DNA of 64,000 nucleotides, from positions 186,001-250,000 of the forward strand of contig MU053754.1 of the NCBI GenBank assembly GCA_013239625.1, read 5' to 3'. The first letter of the stretch is position 1. Each line of letters starts with the position of its first letter. The translations under genes were made by a program, and so were the position numbers. Positions 36,830 through 49,488 of the stretch are shown here, in pieces. The DNA is from Lama guanicoe. Lineage: Eukaryota. A model generated the notes under the pieces. That model was not told where the DNA came from. It was given only the letters and a program-made list of their open reading frames with translations, and ran no database searches.

Positions 36830-37500
36830 TGAGAAGCCCGGGTAGAGGCTCGGGGGCGTCCGGGCGACTCCAGGGAGGCTTCACAGGGCCGCCTGGACTG
36901 TCCGCCCCCAGCAGGGTCACCTTGAGGGCCCGGGGCGGGAGCGTGTCAGGGTCCTTTCTGCAGGGCTCCCGGAGACCCACGCACAGGGGTCTGCCGTGTA
37001 GATCAGCCAGAGCCGGGGCCGCCGCCGCCTGGAGGGACCCGGTGGGGCGCCCTCTGCGGAGCAGTCCCCGCAGGGAGCTATCAGGTGTGACACTGATGTC
37101 ACAGGCGGGGCGAGACTGGACCAGCCTGAGCAGCAGCAGCGGCGGGACCCCTGGCCCAGGGCTTCGGGAGGGTGCCGAGGGCGAAGTGATGAGGGCCGTG
37201 TGTGCACGTGGCTCGTCGTGGGCAGGGCGTGTGGTCTTGAGTGAGGCAGGGAGGCCCTGATGCAAAGACAAAGGGCTGAGGCGGGGGACGCGGTGGCAGG
37301 GACGTGGGGATGTCACACACTAGCGTAAACCCAGAGGGGGCTTTGCGAGGGGAGGGCCTGACCGCAAGCCCCACTGACACGTGAGTCCAACAGCTTCTCT
37401 GGAACCAAGGACAGTGTGAGCGGGAACGTGAACATGGGTTTGTGGGCACGCACAGGATGTCTGTCGTTGCAGGGAGCTGCAGGAGGCAGCAGTGGGGCTC
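36830..37500. other. GC/CpG-rich patch (CpG-island-like)
   Basis: Abrupt GC-rich ~670 bp with many CpGs between AT-rich flanks. Confidence 0.6.
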
Positions 37501-37515
37501 TGCAACCCAGACATG

Positions 37516-37693
37516 AACAAAAATAAAAAACATTATTCTCTACTGTTAAAAAAAGAATTAAAGCAGAGCATCCATGATGAATAGAATGTTGAAATTTGAA
37601 ATAAAGACAACATCAGTATTACTGATTTCCTTTTGCCGTAAGCTCCAGTCTGGCCAGGCGCCATGCATTACCCGCCCTGTAGTTATAATTTTG
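37516..37693 (-). repeat. Inverted partial copy of the MER96B-like element at 39291-39470
   Basis: Reverse complement aligns at high identity (roughly 85-90% by eye) to 39291-39470. Confidence 0.85.
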
Positions 37694-39145
37694 AGGCTCT
37701 ATTCTTTATGGACCCTGGCCCAGGGGTAAATTTGGAGCCAAGGACACCCTTCTAGCCTGGAGCCAACCTTCCAAGTCAGCTCAGAATATTCATCCTATTT
37801 TACCAAATAGAACATGGGGAAATGCATTATTAAAACACATAGAACTTACGAGGTGTTCCACCTCAAGTGTTTACCGAGTTAATGAGAGTAAAAGGGTTTG
37901 ATGAACGTCAAATGCACAACTTTGGCTTACTACGTATTTTCCAGCGACAAAGTCTCAGTAGTTCAGCATTTGAATGTTACATGATTCATGAGATTTGGGT
38001 TTTTTTTCCCTTCTCATCTACAATATGTGACTCTCATTTTCTCATCCTGACAATCACGCCCAGAAAGTCAATCTGCTGTTTTTATATTCCTTTCGACTGC
38101 CAAGAAGAGAAAAAAAAAATTTTACCTTCTGTTAAAAAGCTGTGAAATTCTCACACACAGTGGGTTTTTCAAATTACAATTCCATACAGTTCCTAAGAGA
38201 ATGATTTGTGCATTAACCAGGAGGAAAGGAAACAGAAATATTGTAATGCATGGCTTTTTATTTCACATTCTGGGGGTTCTCAATTTAAAAATAAATAGGA
38301 ATGTTTAAAAGATCATATACTAATGTTACAGTAAACACCTTAACGCTTTATATTAAAACTGAGATATGTTGGCTATAAAAGCACTTAAACCCTTTAATTC
38401 ACAAAGTGCTTGAAAATTGGAGCATCCAGGCCCGCACGTGTGAAACAGCAGTTATGCCTTAAAGACTCTAAACGCTGTAAGATTTAGAGACGGAGTTAAT
38501 GTAAGCTGCAGGCACGATCGTTGGGGGGGGAGTGGTTTTAGTGGCAGCAGTGATGGTCTGGGGGTCCACTCATACACACACAGACACAGGAAACCAAGGG
38601 CACGTCCCAGCCTGTTCAGGAGTGTGCGTCTCGGTCAGCTTTGGGTTAGACAGTTTGCAAATTGCAGCATTTTCAAAATTCACAAAAACCACTGCAAAGT
38701 GAAATTTCTGCTCAACTCCAGTTGCCATGTTTTGGAAGATTATTAAACATTAACATAGGTTCCCAGAAGACTGGATTCTGCTTCTTCAAGTGCATTATTC
38801 TCAGATGAGAATTTCTCCTATCTGAGCGTGTAAACTGCTTCCTCAGCCGACCTCGGGCATGCAGCCTGCTTTGGCAAGTCCTACTTTAATGGATTATTCA
38901 AGGCAGATCCTTGTAAAAAATACTTACTCAGGTTTTAACTTAGTTAATGATGATTTAAACTCCAAGACTCTCTGCGGGAAAAAATACACCATTAAGGTAT
39001 ACTGTGACACATTCCATGTTTATGCTGTTTTCTTTTTCAAGAAGGAGTATTTTCTTGGAGTATTGAATTTCTTTCTAAATGTACTGGAAAATTTTGGAGG
39101 AATTACTGTTGCTTGTGACAGGATATTCGTCACGGGGGTTGGGGA

Positions 39146-39655
39146 CAGGGCTGGATTAGGATGAGGCAAAGGAAGTGAACACTTCTTAAGAGGGCATTTG
39201 TCTCATGCAAAGTTTAAGTTCGTAATCAAGGCAACTGTTTTAATGCATTTTCAAATGAAAATTCATGTAGAACACCCATAAAAAAAACATCGAAATTATA
39301 AATACAGGATGGATAATGTGTGATGTGTGGCCAAACTGGAGCTTAAAGCAAAAGGAAAATCAGTGATACTGATGTTGTCTTTATCTCAAATTTCAATATT
39401 CTATTCATCACGGATGCTTTGCTTTAATTCTTTTTTGAGTAATAGTAGAGAATTTTTTTTTATTTTTGTTATCTATCATTTCGGTAGAGAACTGGGTTTA
39501 AATTTTTTTTTTAAACTGGAGTATACTTCTCATTCATTCTTATTTTAAAAACTATTTCATTAAATATTTATCTCAATGACTGAGTTTTTTATGCACTTTA
39601 AATTTTATGCCCAAGCGTGGGCCTCACCATCCTTACCCTCTTCCCCCAGCCCATG
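39146..39655 (+). mobile_element. MER96B-like hAT element with a ~100-bp internal insertion
   Basis: cagggctggattaggatgaggc...ctggagcttaaagcaaaaggaaaatcagtgatactgat...tttaaattttatgcccaagcgtgggcctcacc matches the recalled MER96B. Confidence 0.8.
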
Positions 39656-40024
39656 TTTGGGGGAGGGCTGGTGTCCCCTCTCCTCGCCCCTTTTGGATGC
39701 TACTTCTGTACTGAGTGGGACTCGCGGAGTGATAAGCATTCCTGGTGCCATATGCGGTGACCCAGTTTGGCAAGGAAACATCCGTGGTGTTTGCATGTTC
39801 ACAAGCCGATTTGGAATTGCGGTTCTGAAATACCCCGTTGCCCTTGTGAGATTTCTTATGATTAGGGGGACCAAAGGGGGCAACAAGATAACAGGGCCCT
39901 CTTGGCTGTGGGATGATAGGTGGAGAGAAGAGGCCCCTGGGGTCTTGGAGGACCTCTGATCAGTCTTACTTGATAGCAGTGTTTCAAGCATTTACTCTGA
40001 GAATAAAAGTGATTTTATTAGCTC

Positions 40025-40470
40025 CTATTTACTCATTCCACATACAAATGTCAAACAGCATGTGCCAGACACTGTTCTTGGTGATAAATGTGATAGGAAA
40101 ATTGCATAGACATAGGAAAAATTCCCTGCAGTATGTGTGTGCACGCTTAAGTAGGTACACGTTTGTGCACACTTGTGCACACGTACGTGTGCTTACCTGC
40201 GGCCAGGCCCCATGGGTGTAATGGCTGAGATTACAAAGGGGAGAAAGGGACAGATCTGCTTCCTGTCCTCTGGAAGCTTGGTCTAGTTGGGAGAGGACGG
40301 TTGGGCAGTTCTTCCAGGCAGTGGGAACTTCATGTGCAAAGGCCCTGGGGCAGCACCTGGGGGTGGGTGGGGCAGCAGTTAGGGATTTCTATCTTTATCC
40401 TAAAAGGATGAGAAGTTACTAAAGGCTCTTACAAATGGAAGAGGGTCATGACATATTAGTGGTTTTAATT
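40025..40470 (-). mobile_element. L2 3' fragments
   Basis: atgtgccagacactgttct, ttccaggcagtgggaacttcatgtgcaaaggccctgggg, ctttatcctaaaaggatgagaag. Confidence 0.7.
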
Positions 40471-42391
40471 ATGGACAAGATAGGGGTGGATCTGGGGTAA
40501 TGGGTCCAGGAACAGAGGACTTGGTCCGTAAAGCTAGGAGGTGTGGACCATGGATGTAAACTATAGGGGTGTGTGTGTGTGTGTGTGTGTTTCCTTTAAT
40601 CTTAGCTTTTGAGTGAAGAAATACAAGAAATGGAAACAAGTCGACTGTGAGTCTTGCTATAATAATTTGGAACCAGATGAAGGACGTCTGGGTGATTTTT
40701 TTGTTATGTCTAAGCCCTAGATTCTGATGTGAACAGCAACGTTCCCGTGGGGTAGAGGTGGGGGGTCTTGGGAGAAAGTATCTCAAGTGTGCATGAGAAA
40801 ATTCAGGAAGGTCTTCTGGTCCAAACTGGAGAAAATCTAGTTTTACGTAATGGTGGTTGATTTGGTGTGTAATCTGTAATCCCTGCCACTAAAGGCTGTT
40901 ACACGTTTATAATTTAGAGGTTTTCTGGTCCTTCCCAATGGTATTTGTTGTTTTGGTAGCTGCTAAACTGCTCAACCAAGGAGGAAAATGGCAGGAAATT
41001 TTTCAAACTATGGAAGTTCTGGAATTAAGTAAGAATTTCAAAATGCAGCTACATCTGCATAATGATTACCTCATGGCCCATTCCTCCAGCAAAGGCAGCC
41101 TACGAGAATGTGGGAAAACCACGCTGAAATCTGACCTGTAGGAAGAAGCAAACTGTCTCTGTCTTTATGTGACTGCGGATCAGACAGGTCTGGGGGCTCA
41201 GAGCCAACAACCTCCAGGGCTCCCAGGACTGCAGGCTTTGAGCAGACCCCAGCGAGGCTTAGAAATAATCAAGGAAGCTATTGCCCCCTTGCCAACGGGC
41301 CGTGTTTGTTTCTTATTAGCAATGCATGAAATTGATCGGCCCTGCAGCCGGCTGCCAATACGTCAGATAAAATAGATCTCTCCCACGGTGTACATCACAG
41401 TGAGTGACAACTGTAAGCCAGTCTTTAAAAAATGATTTCGGAGGACAGACTTGGCTTCCATACAGCTTGCAAATGGTCTCCTAACACAGGCAAGAAATTA
41501 ATTACTTGCCGATGGAATTCCCAGGGTGCCCGATATTGTGTGCATTAATTCTTTCAGTAGTGCCATGAATGATGTCTTCAGAAAAGAAAATAGGTTCCCT
41601 GATAAATTGTGCCCAGTCCCCCTCGCCCTCCAGATGCCACACAGACACAAAACATTGCGTTATTTTCAACGGCTCTTTTGCTCACGTCTGCCTAAGTCTG
41701 TGGGCTTTTTTTTTTTAAATTATTATTATAATCTTCAATTCCAGCTAGGACCTAGAAGAAAGAATGTACCCGTCCAAGATCAAAGGCATGTAGTGTCAGC
41801 AGCACTGTTTATTTAAAATGTAAATGCATTAGTGATTTACTCGCTGTAAGACACACTTTGGCGTGACGCTCTTGCAGGCTGCGTGCTTGGGAAGGATATA
41901 CGTAATTTGGTTCCCTGAGGAGAAATCTGGCACTGTCATCTGAAAAAAAAATAGTATCTAATCTTGTATTGTCAGTGTGTCTTCTGATTTTTTTTTAAAG
42001 AGTTCAGTCTTTCTAAAAAAAAATCATAAAAATGAAATTAGGCACTTGTTGAACGTGGGAGAGCATTTTTGCAGGAGGAAATTGTGTGAATTAGATGCAG
42101 GCAGATGGTAAGACACAGAGGCTGCTGGCCCTCTCCATCGCTGGGGAAGGAGTCGTGGCAAGGTGATGGGGCAGTGGACACAGGCGTGCCCTGCACCGCC
42201 CTTAGCCAGAGAAGCCAAAGGGTGAACCTGACTCTCCTCCTCAGTTTGAAGGAAAGGTCTTTCTTGGAGGGATATTGTAATGACTTTAACATAAAAAAGA
42301 AAAAAAAAACCCTATTCATTCTTTCTGTTTTTAGATACAACAGACTAATACTAAGATGAAGGATTTTTTTCTCGGACTTTATATCTAGACA

Positions 42392-42694
42392 ACAGATTTT
42401 TCAAATGCAAGAGGGCAGTCTTGCCCCCTCTTGGGGACCCTTGGCGATACCTGGAGACGTTTTTGGTTGATGGATTTGGCAGGAGGAGGAGCTGGGTGCT
42501 ACTGGCATCTAGTCGTCGGAGGCCAGGGATGTTGCCAAAACATCGTACCTGCCACGGGGCACCGCTCCCAATCCCCCAAGCAGAGCAAAGAAATAGGCAG
42601 CCCAAACCTGCTCTGCTTTGGTTAAATAAAAAATAAACGCACAGGACTAGTGACGGCTGGAGACTAGTCAGCGCTGCCGAGGGGGAGAAACCCT
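42392..42694 (+). mobile_element. MER20-like hAT element
   Basis: ttggcgatacctggagacgtttttggttg...gtgctactggcatctagt...ggaggccagggatgttgc; end tgccgagggggagaaaccctg. Confidence 0.85.
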
Positions 42695-44059
42695 GATCAG
42701 AGCAGAGTTTCATCGGCCACGTAGTCCCAGTTTAGAGCAACCATGGTCTAGGGCAGATGGGGGAAGATTTCAGGCTTTCTTAAGATTTGCTTACAGAAAA
42801 TCCTTCTTGGCTTCTACTGACTGCATGCTTTATAAATATACGTGAAAACAAAGAATTTTGCATCTACAATTTTGGAAAAAAGAAGTACCGTATATAACCA
42901 AAACGAACTGTTTTCATTTGAACACTCACCTCTATATTTTCCCTAAAGAAAGAAACTGCTTTCTCCTCCTCCGCTTCCTCCTCCTTTTTTTCTCATTTCT
43001 TGGCTCTCTTTGTCGTTGGAAAGCTTTGGTCACCCCCATTAAGTTTATTAATACTCCCAATGCAAACGTCTTAAATTCCTCTCTGTCTTGTAAAGTCTTT
43101 TTAAGTTTCAGAGCATAGCTTAATTGCCTGCACTGCAATTAAGATTTCAGCTATCAATCTAGCGGTTTTCTCTCAAGGGCGAGTACCAAACACCGAGTCC
43201 ACAGAATTCCCGGGGGTACGTAATTTACCCAAGGATACAAATGAGAATCGTCCTCACAATCATCCCAGACAGTCATTTTTCTTCGAAAGTTCCCCGGGAA
43301 AACACAGCATTGTTCATCTTTAAATCTGCAGCCTTAAAGTTAATGGCCGTGAGTGATTGATTGTTAGCAATATTAATACCTGTGTGCTGGTTGTGGCTGC
43401 TTAAAATCTTTGAGGCATCGTCTCTTCCCTTTATACATCCTCCCATTGTCAGTTGACTTTGCCCCACAGACTGTAACAAGCGACCGATATAGTGAACACC
43501 CATTTCTAGCCTCGTGTGGTTAAGGTGCAGGCGTGGTGTTCTGTTGACTGTGGCAGCGTGGTTCACGAGTTGCTTACTGATGGAGCAATGTAGCTGCTCC
43601 TTTATCAAACCAGTTCCTCACCGTGGTTCTAGGAGATTGTCTTGGAAATGTATCTTCAGGTCTCCTTTTGCATCCCTTCCAAAGACTGTGTGCTCTCTCT
43701 CTCCCCACAAATAGATCCTTCTCTAAGTAAATTCTCTAAAACGGATAGTGTCACCTGCAGCCAACTGTTGTGAACACCCCAAGCTGCCATGACATGAACA
43801 GTAGCACTGACAGCAGCAGTAAGGTCTGTCGAATGCTTTGTGAAGAAGCAAATACCACGTCTTCCCTCTTCTCTGTTAAACCTTCTGTTTGGGCATATGA
43901 ACTGTCCATTGTAGGAATCAGACAATTTTTTGAGAGGAGGCGCCTGGCAGGTCTGACACCGATGGCAGGAACTCTCCAGTCTGCTACAAGCTCCACCACT
44001 CCCTGTCGCCTTACACTCCTTTCTATCACCTGCTTGAACACTGTAGGCAGCCTTAAGAA

Positions 44060-44175
44060 TTTGCACCTCTTAAATATTCTGGTCCAATACCGCTTTTTTA
44101 TTTTCAGAGGAAGGACAAAATTCCAGAGGGGGCAAATGCGTTGCTTGAAGTCTCAGAGTTTGCTGGTGGCATGAA
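44060..44175 (-). mobile_element. MIR fragment
   Basis: ttttattttcagaggaagga...cagagggggcaaatgcgttgcttgaagtctcagag. Confidence 0.5.
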
Positions 44176-45249
44176 TGCATACACTTTCTACTGTTCTGTG
44201 TAGGCGTTATTGACTGGCAGAATGCAAATCTAAAGATAGCTTTGTGTACGTGTGGGCAGGACAGGTTTTTCTTAACTCCAGATGTGCTCATAATGGAGCA
44301 GTTCATTGAAGCAGATGAGTATTTTATGTTCTTTTTCAACACTGACAAATTAAGACATCGTTTTCTAGGAAGATATTTTCTAAAATCTGCGTGTTTGGAG
44401 GAACATTTGTCTTTGATTGTCTATGTGTTTTTATTATCCCTCCTACCATTTCCTCTCTCACCAGCAAAGCAAGAGTTTAGTCAGTATTCTGTCCACATCC
44501 CACTTGTCAGCCATACATGGAACCACCAAGCAAGTGGTTTCCTAAGATGCAAAGGACATATTTCCATTAGGAGATGAGCATCCCACAGAATAAGCCAAGA
44601 GGCCAGTGAGGAATGAGGTGCTGAGGATTTACAAGTCAGATCTGCATCAGCCTCTTGTAAGTTGGAAGCTTCTCAGCTTTGTTCTGCTTCCCGGCACCAG
44701 CAGCCTCTCTCTACTTGGAAAGACTTCCGTTTTGTTTTGTTTTGTCTTAATTAGGATGTGAATTTGGCCTCCGTGAGCAGTGCTCCCACTTGGTAAATTC
44801 CGTAGTGCTTCCGTGCTCGTTTGTTTCTTGTGCTCTGCCCACAGGAGGAGCCGAGTGTCCTCCTTGGCCCCGCTGTGGGCCTCCTTTGCCTGGGCAGGGT
44901 CCCCAGGGCCGAGGAGGCACCTTCCTAGCTTGCCGCACGTGCTAGTGGAGTAAACCTGCAGGGCGAAGCACTTTTACCCTCAGTGTTTCTGGAATGCAGG
45001 TGCCCGCGTGACTTAGGAGACCTTAAATTTTTCAGAGGAATTACTTGATGGGGAGATTCATTCTTCACAAGAAACCTGCTTTGAGATGAGCTAGGCTGGA
45101 ATATTACTTTGAATAACCAATTTTCTTTTCGTATATACCCCTTGACATAAGGCTTGAAAATATGGTTTGTGTACAGGTCTTTGTGTCTGCCAGCCTTCAC
45201 TGAATAGGGCATCTCCTCAGTGCGAGGGCGGGACCACACCTGGGGGATG

Positions 45250-45930
45250 CTGAGATGAGTTGGGACCCTTCTAGACAGTGGTGCCAGGACTTGGAGCCTG
45301 AGAAGAAGTCTTCTTTGAGCTGAGCAGGGGGAAGGCATTCCAGAAACAAGGAGTGCCTGTGAGCGGGCAAAGAGGCATAAGCAGACATTCTGTTTAGACA
45401 GGTAGCAGCTGCAAGGGAGTGGTTGATGAAGCACTGGGCACAGATGGGAACCCAAGAGGAGGTGAGGAGAGAGGAAAGGCGGGGAGACGTGATGCAAGGC
45501 GCTGGTGAACCATGCTGAGAGCTTGCCTTTTACAAAGTAGGAAATGCAGGGTCATTGAGGGGTCTTGTGCAGAGCAGTGCATGCTAGCGTTTGTGTTTTA
45601 AAAAGATACAAACATAGGCATGTGAGCATCTTATACTGAATAGAATGGAGAAGGCCTGAATGTCCCTCATGAGAGATGCAGCGGAGTTTGGACGTTTCCA
45701 ATGGGTCCATCTTGAGAGAGAAAGAAGATAAGTCAGCTGGGTCTGCACTAGGGGAAAGCAAATGAGTTTCGTGTTGGACATAGTGAACTTGGGATTCCTA
45801 TGGGGTAGAGGGGAGAAGATGCCAGGAATTAGAGAGATGATTGAAACGTTTTGGGATTCTCATGGTAATTATAGCCCTGAAATTCGATGCCATCTGTAAG
45901 GAATGTTTAGTAGGAAAAAAGAATGGATAG
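45250..45930 (-). mobile_element. L2 fragment
   Basis: tttgagctgagc...gaaggcattccag...gtgttttaaaaagat...atgagtttcgtgttggacatagtgaactt. Confidence 0.75.
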
Positions 45931-46069
45931 GAGAAATCGTAATTTTCACAGGGGTACATCTTTATGATAATAGATCAGTAATAGTTGTTGTTGTTTTTTC
46001 AATAAAATCTGGGAACGTGGCATTACCTGCATGGTTGTAATTTGCATGAAGTGGGAGGGTGTTGTCTCT

Positions 46070-46170
46070 TTCTGCCTCATTTTGTCTATTGCTACATCTC
46101 TAGCTTGTGGAATGATTGCCCCTCATATAAGCAATACTTTTTAAAAATGCTTATTGAATAAATGAATGAA
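46070..46170 (+). mobile_element. L2 3' end
   Basis: Ends aaatgcttattgaataaatgaatgaa. Confidence 0.55.
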
Positions 46171-47044
46171 CAGAAGATTTTCTTCCATCATCAGCAAAGG
46201 GGGGGCTTTCATTAAAAGTAAATTTTCTAGATAATGCGTGTTGAATTTCCAAGGTGATCTTGCCAGCAAACTACAGAAGTTCAACCTTTTTGCAAAATGT
46301 TTATGTTCTAGACTATCTCCTGCGGTATTTAAGACTTGCTTCTACTCAGCCCGGCGCCTTCAAGGCACCATGGCAGTCGCAGGCTCTTCTCGTTTGTAAG
46401 TGTGCTTTCTTATTAAGCTTTACATATACGTGAGCTTCTTGTTTCTTCCCTTTCCTGTCATGCTTAGCCAAACCTGTGCGACTTGGCGAAATGCTAACTG
46501 GAGAAATGAGATTATCGGCATCATTAATCAGAGACTTCATACACATTCCCCTGTTGGTGGTCTGTGGGTTGGGTCAGAGTTATGCCCCCCTTTTAGAGAA
46601 AGTCTTGCAAAGCCGGTATTTCTTTCCATGTCTCCCCAAAATTTCACAACCTGTAGCACATTGCAGATGGCTGAGGTGCCAGAAGATGGGGCCGCTGGGA
46701 AGGTGGGAATGTTACTGGAGGAAGAAACATTAGTACATGGAGATGTTTTCCCATCCCAGTTGGTGTATTCCTTCCTCTCTAGGAACATCTCAGGGGCTCA
46801 CCTTCTGTTGCCATCTCATCTTTTAAGTGAGTCTCAAAAAACTTCTGTAGTTGAACACTGCATACTTTGAATATGTATTTTTGACTCCTCATGCAAAAAT
46901 ATGAAAATACGCAGAATCTGGGAGACACAATGTCATCAGCTTCCGAGGGAGAAGAACCATTTACTGCCTGCTCTTTGGGATTTAGTTTGAAGCACATCAC
47001 TCATTACTCAGTACTTCACAGTTTATATAAGCCTTTTTTAAAAT

Positions 47045-47149
47045 ACATTTCTCTTGAAGCAGAGTCAGTTTACAGCGTTGTGTCCATTTCTGGTGCACAG
47101 CACAATGGTTCAGTCATACATGAACATACGTATGTTCATTTTCATATTC
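47045..47149 (-). mobile_element. Short L1 tail insertion
   Basis: ttgaagcagagtcagtttacagcgttgtgtccatttctggtgcacagcac; flanks ataagccttttttaaaat / ataaaacctttttaaaat. Confidence 0.85.
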
Positions 47150-49417
47150 ATAAAACCTTTTTAAAATTAGTTTTTATGTTCTGTTTACAACCTCTTGTAA
47201 AGAAATGTGGGGCAGACATCGCTACCCGCACTTGACAAGCAAGCACGTGGAACCGGTTGAAAACCAGCTGTGTTTGTCCTAATCAGTGACCCTAATATCC
47301 CACATTGCTGTGCTCTGAGATGATCCAGGGTGATGAGTGGAGATCTGAGAGCAAAATAAACACAGAGAGCAAATTCCCTTTCCTCATCTCCTTTAGAATC
47401 CCATAGTTAGACCCTCCGCTCAGGGAATAATTCAGAGGACAAATCTACTCCTGAACTCTTCCTCCAGTATTTATTCTGCACTGAAATCTCTTCAGCATGC
47501 AGTTGATACATCGAAGAATGTAAAGCTTGTCTCTCTGGTAGGTGGGGAGGTGGCGGGCTGTGAGCCCACCTGATCATTTCTCCCCTGCACTTTCTGACTC
47601 TCCTACATTCTTGCTCCTCTACCCACCCTAGAAACACAGTCAGAAATTCACTCTCTCATAAAGGAGTTTCCGTGTGTCCTTGGAAATGCCTAAAGTGAGG
47701 GTAAGTTGTAGTAAATCACGTCGTCTTTCTGAAATACAAAAAGAACTTGAGTTCGTCAGTCAGAACAAAACTGCTTGCTTTGGAACCCACTGTGAAGGGG
47801 GAGGAAACATTAACATTCAAAAATGATCTGCACGTTAGGAATTCACAACTGAGCTAAACAGAGCGCCGTCATCAATGACTGCTTACTCTGTCTCTGAGAG
47901 TCACACTCTTTTTTTTGTCTAGTATCTTTAATTCTGCAGGGACAGTTTAGTAAGTTCTGTAAGAGGTTATTCAAGACGCTGAAGCTAGTTAACAGTATGA
48001 GAGCAGGAGTGAACTATCAAACAAGAACCCTGAACATGGGATCCCATCCTGTGGAGACGGCTGAGCTTCTTTATCCCTCATTATCGTCCTTAACACTCTT
48101 ACTGTAGACAGTCTACCTGATTTTGTTTTAATCTGGTGTCAAATTTCATGTCTCTGTCATGTCCGAGGTTTCTCAGCTTCGGTCCGAGCTGGTGGGGGAA
48201 GGATGGGATTGTCCTTCCGAGAGATGGCCTTGTTTCTGAGACGCTGAGCAAACACGGCGCTGGAAGCTGGCATTGCTCTGGTCTGCTGGGTTCAAGGGAG
48301 ACAGAGGAATTGTCCCTTTCAGACATGTTAAAGCCAGCAAAATGCTGCAGCAGCATAAATGAAGGGTGCATCTCCTGTTGATGTCTTAGGTTGCACGGGG
48401 TGATTGATGAGGTCCAGTGTGTTTTGAAGCTGCCTTGTTGCAAGATCACGTCCCCTGATCTTGCTCTGCCCCCTCCCCTCCCGTGCGTTCACAGTAGACC
48501 CAGAGACATGTCCTGGTTGTTTTGGAAGTCTTCCTCTCCCCTCCCCCTCCTCCCATCAAAGAGCCTGGTACCAAGCAGGTACTCAGGAACCGAAGAATGA
48601 CATGAAAATGTGGCTTTCTCTCCAACATTCAATGTAAAATAGCATTGATCTTAGGATTACCCCCGTTCTTTTGGGGCCTCAGAAGATTCATCAAGGCAGG
48701 CAACCTAAAACATAGAACATATGTTTCATACGTTGCAACAAGACAGCAACATACTGAGTGTGTAATAAACTACACGGGTGTTCATTAGAGTGTGGTGTGT
48801 CATGGTCAGAACCAGAAAGTAGCCAACGCCTTACGACCCAGGAATGGTTAACAACCACATGATGGAATGCGGTCGTCTTTAGGAGGCACAATGCGGAAGA
48901 CTAGAAACCGCACGGCCAAGTGTTCACACTCCTAATCACGGGGAAAAGTGGTTAAAAATGCGGCGTGGACTTCCACACAGACACGGATGCTCGCACGTAC
49001 AGACATACGTACTGGCACCCACAGACACGACAAGGAGGAGCCAGCTGTGAGTTTATCTCGCTAGGAGGCGTTTCTGCACCTGCTTTTAAAATTCCTCTTA
49101 GTAGTGATGCTTAAAATACATACGATAAAGTGCAGACCTTTTAGTTGTCCATTTCAGTGAGCTTTGTCTCATGAAGACTGTGCGTGACATCCACCCAGAT
49201 GAAGAAACGATCTCGCCCGCGTTCCTTTCTTGCCCAAATCCCCGGGTAGCCCCTGTTGTAACTTCTCTCCCGTAGCTTAAGTCCGAAGTGTTTGTTCTTC
49301 TACTTTTGATGTTATCACAGTTGCCTTTTTATATGTTGAAAGGTTCTGTAATGCCTGTGTGTCTTACAGAAATTCTATAGTTACAATTATGCCATTAGAA
49401 TGAGAAAAGAAAATGAG

Positions 49418-49488
49418 AGAAGGAAGGAGAGGTGAGGAAGGGAGGGAGGGAAGGAAGGAAGGAAGGAAGGATGGATGGATGGATTGAT
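49418..49488. repeat. (GGAA)n(GGAT)n simple repeat
   Basis: Direct reading. Confidence 0.9.
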
